Below, piece by piece: positions 48,201 through 57,900 of a DNA stretch of 61,410 bases. The notes under the pieces are model-generated. The model saw only the letters and a program-made list of their open reading frames with translations, was not told the DNA's origin and did not search any database. Each line of letters starts with the position of its first letter. Positions within the stretch are counted from its first letter, which is position 1. The stretch is from an uncultured Bacteroidota bacterium (GTDB taxonomy: Bacteria > Bacteroidota > Bacteroidia > Bacteroidales > FEN-979), in NCBI GenBank assembly GCA_937900965.1, contig CALCGJ010000056.1, positions 1-61,410 of the forward strand. The letters are read 5' to 3'. The position numbers and the translations under genes are program-made.

Positions 48201-51200
48201 GGTTCCTCTACTGCAACAATGAGCAGAACCGTCAAAGCAGACGCTACCGCCTACGCTTCTTCAATAAGAGCATATAGAACTTCGGCGACGTCTGGAGCTA
48301 CAATTTGTGCTGATGTTACTACAAATCTATTGACCTATACAACAAGACCACAATTTACCTTTGGAGGCCAGGTTGCCTGTTCAAGCCCTCGTAGCATGGT
48401 AGTAGCCACCGTAACGGCTCCTCCGGCTTTAACAATTACTCCTGATCAGACTGTCTGCAACAACAGTGTGGGCATGTTGGAAGTCACCTCCACACTGGCT
48501 GATTACGACACCTACGTTTGGACACCTGTGACGAATCTCTTTACTGATGCCGCATGTACGGTTCCTTATGTGGCAGGCACGAGTGCAACTACCGTTTATG
48601 CTAAAACATCCACACCAGGGAGTACTATCTATACTTGTCTTGGAACCAACGCTACAACATTATGTGCCAATACGGCCACATCGGAAGTTACAACTTTACC
48701 GGGAACAGTTGTTATTGAATCTACCCCGGTATCTATTTGTATAACAGGAACTCCTACACTTGATGCCACTCCTGCCACAGGGTATGGAACTGCGACCCTG
48801 CAATGGCAGGATTCCCCTGATGGGATTGCCTTTACTGATATTCCGGGAGCCAATTCCGCCTCCTATACACCTGCAGCGCCGGTAACGACAACGACCTATT
48901 ATAAAATACAGGTCTATGTTGGAGCAGTTCTCTGTACCGAATCCAATGTTGTTACACTGATCGTAAACGATCCTCAGCTTACAGGGACAACACCGGGGAG
49001 TCGTTGCGGAATTGGGACTGTTACTTTAGGAGCTACCGGGACTGGAGGGACACTTACCTGGTATGATATGCCTGCAGGAGGCACTGTTGTTGGCACAGGA
49101 CCTTCATTTACTACTCCTGTTATCAGCAATACAACAACCTATTATGTTCAGAATGAAAGTGCCGGAACTGTCAATGAGATCGGTGGAAGAACCGACGTTG
49201 TGACAACTACCGGATTTCTCACAACCCCAAACTGGGGAGTAAGATTTGACGCTACTGTGGGTTTCACCTTGAATTCAACAACCATCTATCCTGTTGGTTC
49301 AGGAACTGTAACAATTGCTTTGTTAGACGATGCCAATACTGAGATCGCTTCAACTGCAGCGATGCCTGTTTCCGGAACAGGTGCAGCAACTCCTAATGTC
49401 GTTACTCTGGGATTCAATGTTCCCATTGGGACTGATTATAAGTTAGTTTTAAAAGACTACTCAGGGATTACATCATTATTGAGGGAATCCTCAGGGAATT
49501 CATTTCCATACCCGTCACCTTCAGGGGCAATCAGTGTTACAAGTGGCTGGACCGGATCATCTTCTTCCAGTTATTACTGGTTCTATAGTCTGGATATTTC
49601 CATTGGCTGTTCCTCCCCTCGTATTGGAGTAACCGCAACTGTCACACCAGCTCCTGATTTAACTATTTCAGTCGGTCAGACTGTTTGCAACAACTCTCCG
49701 GCAATGATCACTGTTACTTCAACGATTGCTGATTTTGACACCTATGTATGGACCCCGGCCACCAACATGTTCACGGATGCCGCATGTACCATCCCCTATG
49801 TCGCAGGAGCCAGCGCCACTACGGTCTATGCAAAATCAACCACAGGCAGTGTTACCGACTATACGTGTACCGCAGAGAATTTAACCTCTATGTGTGTCAA
49901 TGTTGCCACCTCAGAGGTAACTATCTTACCTGCCAGCCCGCCCATAACTGCTGATCCTGCTGCCATTTGTGTGACCGGATCCACAACGTTAACCCCCAAT
50001 CCGTCTACAGGATATGGAACCGCTACATTCCAGTGGCAGGATTCTCCGGATGGCATTACCTACACGGATATTCCCGGAGCCACTGCAATCTCTTATACAA
50101 CACCCACTCTGACTTCCACAACCTACTATAAACTAATCATCAGTTTGCTTGGTGTACCATGTACCGAATCCCTAGGTATTGCGCAGGTGGATGATCCCCA
50201 GGTAACCAATACCGTTCCCGGTAGCCGTTGCGGTACGGGAACTGTTACCCTGATTGGATTTACCGGAGCGGGTTATCAGCTCGATTGGTATGATGCTCCA
50301 ACAGGTGGGAACTTCCTGGGAACCGGCTTCTTCTTTACAACACCAGTCATCTCTGCAACAACTGATTTTTATGTTTCTGCAAGTTCAGGTGGTTCATCAA
50401 CTTATTTTGTGGGTCCTTCAGATCCAGCTTCCGTCGGAACAACATCAAGCTCTACACTTACTAATCATTTTATGATATTTGATATTACAGCAGGAGGCTT
50501 GATACTCAATTCGGTTGATATATTTCCAACTGCTACTCTGGGAAGTAGTTATACTATTATAATTCAAGATGCTGCTCTGAACGAAATATACAATTCGGGT
50601 CCTTTTGTCAATACAGTGACAGGAGGCGCCACCGCTCAAACAGTGACTATTGACGCCACAATTCCTCAAGGAACAGGCTACAGAATGGGTGTGTCAGTAA
50701 ATGCAGGAATGACTAGAAATACTGCCGGAGCCGCATACCCATACTCTGTACCCGGCGTTGTAAGTATTACAGGAAATACATTTAGTACAGCCTATTACTA
50801 CTATTTCTACAATTGGGAACTCTCTACTGGTTGCGCTTCGGCAAGAACTGCGGTAACAGCTACTGTAAATCCCGCTCCACCAGTCATGGCCACAGCGGCT
50901 CCTACTACCATTTGTGAGGGAGAGAGCAGTACCCTGAGCGCCAGCAGCAGCAACGATCCTAATTATACGTATACCTGGACACCAACAACGACACCTCCCA
51001 CAGGCGCATCCGTGATGGCCTATCCACCGGTCACAACCACGTATACCGTTCAGGCAAATGACAATACCGCGGGTCCCTATGCCGGATGCCAGGCTTTTGC
51101 CGATGTACTGGTTACGGTCAATCCGATGCCAGGTGCAATCACGATCACCCCGCCCGGTGCAGGGATCAATCCTGGCGATATCCAGGAGTTAACGGCCAGC

Positions 51201-53708
51201 GGGGGACTTGTACAACCTGTTTCTATCCTCAGTGAGAATTTCAATTCCGGAGCTCCCGGGTGGACATTTGAGAATGGAGCCACATCCCCGCCTGCAGGTG
51301 ACTGGTATTACCAACCTGTACCTTATTCGGGAGGCTGTTGCAGCTTTACCAATTTCACCACCACTGACGGAGGCAGTTTTGCCTACGCCGATTCGGATGC
51401 CGGAGGTTCAGGAACCACCAACGATACAAAACTGATTTCACCATCATTCAGCACTATGGGGTACTCAGCGGCAACACTGACTTTTGAGAATCTGTATTAC
51501 CAGATTGGATCAGATATTACAGTCGCATTGGAAATCTCCACTGATGGGGGAACGACCTGGACTATTCTCAGAGATTATTTAGCGCTTGGTAGCCAGGGGA
51601 CAACAACTTCCGGTGCACAGGCAACTACCCTTGCAACGGTTGATCTTGCTGCCTATCTGAACCAGGCTGATGTTAGAATCAGGTACAACTACTCAAGTGG
51701 CTGGGGATATTACTGGCTCATAGATGATGTTCAGGTTACCGGAACCCCTGTTGCAGCTTTCACATGGGCGCCATTCACGGACCTCTATTCAGATCCGGCA
51801 GCCACTGTTCCTTATACAGGTACTGTAAACCCAACTGTCTACTCCAAACCATCGATGGCAAGAACCTATATCGTAACCGCTTCTTCCCCTTCACTGTGCA
51901 CCACTTCAAACAGCGTGACGGTAAGCCTGCTCCCTGTACCTACAATCACCGGTGCGGGAACCGTTTGTTCCGGAACCAGGGGTGAGATCTATACAACCGA
52001 AACAGGAATGACAAATTATACCTGGACGGTTTCAGCAGATGGCACCATAGTCAGTGGCGGAGGCACCTCGGATAATACAGTAACCATAGACTGGATGATT
52101 GCCGGAACGCAAACTATCACGGTGAATTACACAGACAGTTACGGGTACCAGGCAGCAGTTCCAACAGCTATGAATGTAACGGTTAATCCGGTGCCGGATG
52201 CCGTTGCAGGTGCCGACCGGACCATCTGCGCAGGTCAAAACACAATTCTTGGCGCAGCGGCAGTAGCGGGTAATACCTATAGCTGGACCTCTGTTCCCGC
52301 CGGGTTTACATCATCCACTGCTGATCCGTCGGTTTCTCCGCTTGTAACAACTACTTACACTCTAATAGAGACCATTACTGCTACCGGATGCATGAACAGT
52401 CACAGTGTGATTGTGACTGTCAACCCGATCCCAGCGGCAGTTGCAGGAGCCGACAGGGCCATTTGCTTAGGTGAAAACACACGCATCGGAGCAACTGCTG
52501 TTGCGGGTAATACCTATAGCTGGACCTCCGTCCCGGCTGGTTATACTTCAGCTCTGGCAAATCCGCTGGTCCATCCTCTCGTAACCACCACGTATACCCT
52601 TGTTGAGACCATAACAGCTACAGGATGTACGAACACTCATAGTGTGATTGTAACAGTCAACCCATTACCTGATGCAAATGCCGGCGCAAACCGGGGAATC
52701 TGTCTTGGTGAAAGCACTCAGATCGGAGCAGCACCAGTCCCGGGTAGCACCTATAGCTGGAGCTCTCTGCCACCTGGATTCTCTTCTACTGAAGCCAACC
52801 CAACTGTAACTCCTTTGACAACATCAATCTATACGCTAGTCGAGATTATTACAGCTACCGGTTGTCTTAACAGCAATGGTGTCTTTGTGACGGTGAATCC
52901 GTTACCAGCTGCAGCAGGATCAATTACCGGTTCAGGCACCGTTACGCAAGGCCAGACAGGCGTTGCATACAGTGTTGCTGCCATCGCTAACGCAACAGGC
53001 TATACCTGGACTCTGCCAACAGGAGCAACGATCACATCTGGTGACAATACAAGCAGTATCGTTGTCGACTTCTCGGCATCGGCCTCCTCCGGTGTGATGA
53101 GTGTATACGGTTCGAATGCATGCGGGGATGGCACGCAATCGCCTGATTTCACAATCACCGTGACCTCTTCTGTCCCAACAACACTAACTGTGGGTAATGA
53201 GATTGTTCATGTTGGTGAAACCAAATGCTACAATGCCCTCGAGACAATCACTGTGGCAGGAAGCGGCACCACATTTGTCGTGGAACCCGGAGGTGACGCT
53301 ACCTTTATAGCAGGTCAGAAAATCCTGTTCCTGCCAGGCACCACAGTACAATCAGGAGGACATATGTGGGCTTATATCACTACCACAGGGGTCTACTGCG
53401 GGATACTTGCTCCTTCCATTGTCTCAGTTGCAACGGAAGAGTTCACCCCTCCATACTCAGATAAGAGCTTCTTCAAAGTCTATCCGAACCCTACCAGCGG
53501 AAAGTTCACCATGGAGTTGACCGGAGTCGACGAAGAATCGGAGGTCTTTGTTGAGATCTATACAATGCGTGGAGAATCAATGCACAAAGTGAAACTGATT
53601 GGTGAAACCAGTCATGAATTTACGCTGGAAGGCAATCCTCCGGGCATTTATATCCTGCGGATCCTGAACAAGGATATGGCAGGGACTGCCAAGATCATCA
53701 AGCGATAA
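45270..53708 (+). CDS. Giant (2812 aa) T9SS-secreted adhesin-like protein: beta-helix N-terminus, Ig-like repeats, PKD-like domains, CTD
   Basis: Signal peptide; N/I-rich parallel beta-helix repeats (IYNNxI); three RCG.GTV.L...WYD..TGG...GTG..FTTPVIS.TT.YYV modules; three 79-aa AGADR.IC repeats; CTD VYPNPTSGKFT...KIIKR. Confidence 0.88.
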   Translation: MKKISFLLIAMIISGLSFGQLTGTKTIPGDYATIEAAITALNTSGVGAGGVTFNVAAGHTETFSDPTVGTITTNTGSATNPIIFQRSGAGANPLITGAALASSSTTDGIIKIEGTDYVTFDGIDVQENPGSTSNFYDWGYALLVASSTDGAQHTTIRNCAITLDNSNTSSRGIYSNNHSATSTSSITPTSADGTVSYSSIDNNTISNVYYGIYFSGYSSATYYSQDNYIGTGGGNSLTNFGGGSSAVYGIYMIYQNGARIANNMINGGTGSSSTVYVIYSGTGTNSNIDIYSNTITLDRSGNSTTYIIYNTTGASGTTNTVNIYNNIVENCTFTTATSASWYGLYCSASAATVNIYGNIIRNNTKPGTGITYLLYQFNTAASGNENVYNNSIYGNANTGTGTLYCLYSSPVSTTNKEIFRNSVYDNSTGGSSLYGLYTSTGATVNIYQNSIYGQSTTSSSGNNYGIYISSGTTLSCYNNFISDLQAPASSNNPAIRGIYVSSGTTIGLYYNTIYLDATSTGTNFGSCAVYASTSPALEMRNNILADLSTPNGTGLSVAFRRSSTTIGSYATTSNNNDFYAGTPGPSNLIFYDGTNAFQTILDYQTFVSPIDAASFTSLPPFMNVAFTPYDLHIQTGVSTKCESGGSTVSTPNITIDYDGQARYPNPGYPDDPSYPASAPDVGADEFAGIPSFSCATPVPGNTMSTANNLCLGQEITLSLENAVPGTGVSYQWQSSPDGVTYSDITGETSLVYTTTPAESLYYQCIVTCQNGPESATSTPIQVDFLNSILTTTPGNRCGTGTVDLYATGSTGTTLNWYDALTGGAWAGTGSPFTTPVISSTTNYYVGAEGISAGNAAVGAGATTSSTYSNPFYSLWSNLHTQHLITAAELTAAGISAGDLTSVALDVTNAGTLPMIDLSVKIGATTETSLTAFLSPLFTEVYTNASYMPTLGLNVLLFSTPFNWDGTSSIVLEFCHGNGSSTATMSRTVKADATAYASSIRAYRTSATSGATICADVTTNLLTYTTRPQFTFGGQVACSSPRSMVVATVTAPPALTITPDQTVCNNSVGMLEVTSTLADYDTYVWTPVTNLFTDAACTVPYVAGTSATTVYAKTSTPGSTIYTCLGTNATTLCANTATSEVTTLPGTVVIESTPVSICITGTPTLDATPATGYGTATLQWQDSPDGIAFTDIPGANSASYTPAAPVTTTTYYKIQVYVGAVLCTESNVVTLIVNDPQLTGTTPGSRCGIGTVTLGATGTGGTLTWYDMPAGGTVVGTGPSFTTPVISNTTTYYVQNESAGTVNEIGGRTDVVTTTGFLTTPNWGVRFDATVGFTLNSTTIYPVGSGTVTIALLDDANTEIASTAAMPVSGTGAATPNVVTLGFNVPIGTDYKLVLKDYSGITSLLRESSGNSFPYPSPSGAISVTSGWTGSSSSSYYWFYSLDISIGCSSPRIGVTATVTPAPDLTISVGQTVCNNSPAMITVTSTIADFDTYVWTPATNMFTDAACTIPYVAGASATTVYAKSTTGSVTDYTCTAENLTSMCVNVATSEVTILPASPPITADPAAICVTGSTTLTPNPSTGYGTATFQWQDSPDGITYTDIPGATAISYTTPTLTSTTYYKLIISLLGVPCTESLGIAQVDDPQVTNTVPGSRCGTGTVTLIGFTGAGYQLDWYDAPTGGNFLGTGFFFTTPVISATTDFYVSASSGGSSTYFVGPSDPASVGTTSSSTLTNHFMIFDITAGGLILNSVDIFPTATLGSSYTIIIQDAALNEIYNSGPFVNTVTGGATAQTVTIDATIPQGTGYRMGVSVNAGMTRNTAGAAYPYSVPGVVSITGNTFSTAYYYYFYNWELSTGCASARTAVTATVNPAPPVMATAAPTTICEGESSTLSASSSNDPNYTYTWTPTTTPPTGASVMAYPPVTTTYTVQANDNTAGPYAGCQAFADVLVTVNPMPGAITITPPGAGINPGDIQELTASGGLVQPVSILSENFNSGAPGWTFENGATSPPAGDWYYQPVPYSGGCCSFTNFTTTDGGSFAYADSDAGGSGTTNDTKLISPSFSTMGYSAATLTFENLYYQIGSDITVALEISTDGGTTWTILRDYLALGSQGTTTSGAQATTLATVDLAAYLNQADVRIRYNYSSGWGYYWLIDDVQVTGTPVAAFTWAPFTDLYSDPAATVPYTGTVNPTVYSKPSMARTYIVTASSPSLCTTSNSVTVSLLPVPTITGAGTVCSGTRGEIYTTETGMTNYTWTVSADGTIVSGGGTSDNTVTIDWMIAGTQTITVNYTDSYGYQAAVPTAMNVTVNPVPDAVAGADRTICAGQNTILGAAAVAGNTYSWTSVPAGFTSSTADPSVSPLVTTTYTLIETITATGCMNSHSVIVTVNPIPAAVAGADRAICLGENTRIGATAVAGNTYSWTSVPAGYTSALANPLVHPLVTTTYTLVETITATGCTNTHSVIVTVNPLPDANAGANRGICLGESTQIGAAPVPGSTYSWSSLPPGFSSTEANPTVTPLTTSIYTLVEIITATGCLNSNGVFVTVNPLPAAAGSITGSGTVTQGQTGVAYSVAAIANATGYTWTLPTGATITSGDNTSSIVVDFSASASSGVMSVYGSNACGDGTQSPDFTITVTSSVPTTLTVGNEIVHVGETKCYNALETITVAGSGTTFVVEPGGDATFIAGQKILFLPGTTVQSGGHMWAYITTTGVYCGILAPSIVSVATEEFTPPYSDKSFFKVYPNPTSGKFTMELTGVDEESEVFVEIYTMRGESMHKVKLIGETSHEFTLEGNPPGIYILRILNKDMAGTAKIIKR
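52192..52900 (+). repeat. Three tandem 237-bp coding repeats (79-aa Ig-like unit)
   Basis: P.A.AGA.R.IC.G..T.IGA..V.G.TYSW.S.P.G..S..A.P.V.PL.T..YTL.E.ITATGC.N...V.VTVNP occurs three times. Confidence 0.9.
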
Positions 53709-53737
53709 ACGGCAGCGAGATTTCAACCTGCCAACGC

Positions 53738-53771
53738 AAGAGCCCCGGGAGAAATTCCGGGGCTCTTTTTG
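53738..53771. terminator. Rho-independent terminator between convergent genes
   Basis: AAGAGCCCCGG-GAGAAATT-CCGGGGCTCTTTTT. Confidence 0.85.
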
Positions 53772-53779
53772 CTGAAATT

Positions 53780-54940
53780 CTATTCCAACTGTTTCAATGC
53801 GGCAGATTTGACGTAATAGCTGCCCGAAATCACAATCCTGGCATCCGGAGGAATAGTATCAAGTGGTGTAACCTGGATGTAATCATCTTCGCTAAAACCG
53901 GTTCTTACTACCATCCGTTGAAATGTTATCAGCGAATCCATCTCCGGAGAGCGGGTATAATAAATATAGGTATTTGACAAACCCTCTCCGATAACCGCCT
54001 CTTCGGGAAGGGCGTCCATCTCCTGTTCATCGGTATGGATCTCGGCTGAGCAGAACATTCCCGGCAGAATATACTGAGAGATATTGGGAAAATCGGCAAC
54101 GACTTTCACAGTACGGGCATCCTCTTCCACGGTTCTGCCTATGCTTATCACAGTGGATTCATAGATATCCTGATCCAGGTTAGCGAGTGTGAATGTTACA
54201 CGCTGACCAATCCTGATATAGGGAACATCTTTTTCAAATACCCGTAACTCGAGAAGGAGATTGCTCTTATCGATGATCTGGAACATCGTTTCGTTGGGTT
54301 CTACATATTGACCGATCGTGATCTCCATCTCCTCCACAGTTCCTGCAATCGGTGAAACGATTCCTGCTACCGGCTGGATCTTTCCACGATCCAGAGCCTC
54401 CAGGGGGATGTTAAACATCGCCATCTGCATCCTCAGGGACTGGTATTGGGCCTCCAGATCAGTAAGGTTCTTTCTTGCCTCCTGTAACCGTTTGTCAGCA
54501 TTGATCTTCTCTTCATTGAGCAGTTCCTGCCGTTCATACTCACTCCGCTGAAATTCCAGGAGGCCTCTCACAGAGATATACCTCTGCTGCACCTCTATGA
54601 TCTCAGGAGAGGTGATTGTGGCAAGAAGCTTGCCTTTGGAAACCCTGTCACCAACACTGACAAAGATTGACTCAACTGTACCATTGATCATGGTCCCGAC
54701 AGATGCGTTCTTCTGCCACCTGAGAATCAGTTTGCCCTTGGCTTTAATATCTCTGGAGAGCACCCTCCTGGTCAACTTCCCAAAGGTTATTTTACCGATC
54801 TCAATCTGCTCCTGATTCAGGACAACCAACCCTGGATCAATAGTGCCTTCCTGACCTTTATCTTCTTCTGAAGGTAGGGAGTGACTACAACCTGCCATGA
54901 ACAGGCAAATAACTATTCCTGCTAGTGTTCTCATGATCAT
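53780..54940 (-). CDS. RND efflux periplasmic adaptor (CzcB/CusB-like lipoprotein)
   Basis: Lipobox MAGC; GDRVSKG, SPIAGTV, GQYVEP, VFEKD, LPGMF; ATGA overlap with the upstream RND gene. Confidence 0.9.
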   Translation of the reverse strand: MIMRTLAGIVICLFMAGCSHSLPSEEDKGQEGTIDPGLVVLNQEQIEIGKITFGKLTRRVLSRDIKAKGKLILRWQKNASVGTMINGTVESIFVSVGDRVSKGKLLATITSPEIIEVQQRYISVRGLLEFQRSEYERQELLNEEKINADKRLQEARKNLTDLEAQYQSLRMQMAMFNIPLEALDRGKIQPVAGIVSPIAGTVEEMEITIGQYVEPNETMFQIIDKSNLLLELRVFEKDVPYIRIGQRVTFTLANLDQDIYESTVISIGRTVEEDARTVKVVADFPNISQYILPGMFCSAEIHTDEQEMDALPEEAVIGEGLSNTYIYYTRSPEMDSLITFQRMVVRTGFSEDDYIQVTPLDTIPPDARIVISGSYYVKSAALKQLE

Positions 54941-57900
54941 ATTTTTCCCAGTAACCTGTAAATCCGGATCACTGTTTGATTGTAACTGTTTAATGCATCG
55001 AGATACTCAATCTGAAGTGAAAAAGCTTCATTCAGGGTGAAAATATACTGAAAGAGGTTGATCTCTCCTGCCCTGTAGCTTTTTTCAGCTGATGAGATCA
55101 TTGATAAGGAGAGGGCCAATCCCTTTTCATCAAAATACGACAGGGTGAATTCCGCCTTCTCCAGATCCTTCCGGTAACGGAACCACCTGCTGTTAAGATG
55201 ATGTAACCCGTTCTCAATCTCATTGTAGGCGATATCCCGTCTGATCTTTGCCGATTTGATTTTTCCCATAGGAACCCAGAACCAGACAGGAAGCGAAATT
55301 CCGTATGTCCATCCGGTAAATGGCTCTACCCTATCAAGGCTCTGGGTAAACCATCCTATATTGAATGAGGGCGCCAGCTTCCAGCTCTCCTTTCTAAGAT
55401 TCGCCTTTTCATACTTTAACGACGATTCAAGGAAATCCATAGTAAGGTTATCTTCCATACCATTTGAAGGAAGTGTGGGTACTTCCATCCGTTCCGGGAA
55501 ATTAGCCGGAGCCACATAATTGGTATCAGAATGGATCATGGTCTTTAGTTCGTTCAGGGTTGATTCCATATCGGAACGCAGGGACCGGACATCCAGTTCG
55601 GTCTTTGCTTTTCTCGACTCACTGATCAGAACGTCAAGCTGGTTCACATCACCGGCTGAAAACTGCTTCGATGTGGCATTGTAAAAAATTCCAAAGATAC
55701 TGTCCTGCTTCTCTTTCAGCCGGAGCTTGACTGATGAGATCCACCACTCCATGTAAACCGATTTTACCTCCGAAAGAAGCTCCACCTTTTTCAGATCAGA
55801 CAGAAGCGATGTAGCTTCTGTTTTAGCTTTCTGTGCAACCACCTTCTCCACATATACCATCGGGAAGTCGAAATCCTGACTTATTACCACTTTGTAGTCT
55901 TTCAGCCTGGAGTTGATCTCCCCTGTTTCAATCCCAACAGTTGGTCCCGCCAGATCAAACTCAGCCATGATCAGACTTTTTTCAGCTTTTTTCTCCAGCT
56001 CAAAGTTTTTGAGCTCAATGGTATTTTCCAGTGCAATGTTTACTGCCTCAGGCATAGTCAGTACCATTGGTTCATTGCTGTTCTGTCCGTTCATTGCAAC
56101 AGGTAAAAGGAACAGGATCAGCAGGGTTGCTACCGGAGGCAGATTATTCTTTGATCTGACCCACAACCGCCGGAGGGCACACTGAAATCCCTCCTGAAAT
56201 GTATAATACAATACCGGTAGGACCACAAGAGTCAGTATTGAGGCTGTCAGGATCCCCCCGATCACCACCGTTGCCAGTGGTTTCTGAACTTCTGCTCCGG
56301 CTGCAGTACTGAGTGCCATAGGAACGAAGCCAAATGCAGCTACAAGGGAGGTCATGATAACAGGACGAAGCCGGTCTGATGTGCCCTGCTTTATCCTCTC
56401 CCAGATATCCGAAACACCCTCCTTCTCAAGCTGGTTGTAGTGAGAGATCAGCACAATCCCGTTCAATACGGCAATCCCAAAGAGGGCAATAAATCCCACT
56501 CCGGCTGAGATACTGAAGGGCATCCCACGGATCATTAAGGCCCAGATACCACCCACGGCAGCAAGGGGAATAGCGGTAAATACCATAACAGATTGTTTAA
56601 ATGAGTTAAACGCAAAGAATAACATGATAAAGATCGCGGCCAGAGCCACGGGGACAGCAATTGAAGAGGTTCGTTTGGCAGTCTTCAGGTTCTCAAATTG
56701 CCCACCATAGGTGAAATAGTAACCAGCCGGCAGAATCATCTGCCGTGTTAGTTCCGCGTCCACCTCATCAATGAATGATTCAACATCCCGGTTCCTGATA
56801 TTGATGCCAATGGTAGCACGTCGTTTTGTCTCTTCCCGGGAAATCAGCATCGGGCCACTCACTTCTCTGATGTCTGCCACCTGGCTGAGCAGTATCAGCT
56901 CTTCATCCGGGCGGTTTACACGCAGGTTCCGGAGAGCATCCACATTTTTCCGGTACTTCTCGTCCAGCCTTACAACCAGGTCAAACCGACGCTCCCCTTC
57001 AAAAACAAGTCCGGCTGCCTGGCCTGCAAATGCTGTCCGGATAATAGAGTTAATCTCATTAATACTCAATCCGTACTGAGCAACCTTCTCACGATTGAAG
57101 GTGACCACCAACTGTGGCAGCCCAACAATCTGGTCTACTTTAACATCACCTGCTCCCGGGATTTTACTGATGATAGAGGCAGCTTTGTTTGCCTGGTCAA
57201 ATAATATATCTAGTTCCTCTCCAAATATTTTCACAGCAACATCTGTCTTCACCCCTGTCATCAGTTCATTAAACCTCAGCTGAATTGGTTGTGAGAAATC
57301 AAAACTGGCTCCGGGAATAACGTCCAGTGCGGTTTTCATTTTCTCAACCATCTCTTCCCGGGTTGCAGCACTGACCCACTCCTTCTTAGGCTTCATGGTA
57401 ATCATGACATCTGCATCTTCAATCGCCATGGGGTCGGTTGGCACTTCAGCCGAGCCGATCTTTGAGACCACATCAATCACTTCCGGAAACCGTTCAATAA
57501 GGATCTTCTCTGCCTGCGTAGTTGTTACAATGCTCTGGGAAAGTGATGATCCGGGAGGAAGAGTCATCTGGCAGGCGAGGTCTCCCTCTTCAAGGGTAGG
57601 AAGGAACTCCCCTCCCATCCGGGAGAAATTCCAAAGGCTGATCAGGACAATGAGTGAAACCCCTGCAATGACCAGCACCGGCAGTCGCAAGGCTATGCTA
57701 AGGGTACGATCATGCCACCGGTGGAGGTGGTCCATGAGCTTCGCAGAGATATTCTTCTTAAAGTGGACATTTTTCCTCAAAAAAATGGAGGCCACCATCG
57801 GGACGTAGGTAAACGAAAGGATCAGTGCGCCAATCAGTGCGAAACTGACAGTCTGCGCCATCGGTTTGAACATTTTTCCCTCTATTCCCGTGAAGGCGAA

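Noticed and set aside
48377-50380. Diversity-generating retroelement TR/VR pair
   Set aside because: The duplicated segments differ at all base types, lie within one ORF, and no reverse transcriptase is present.
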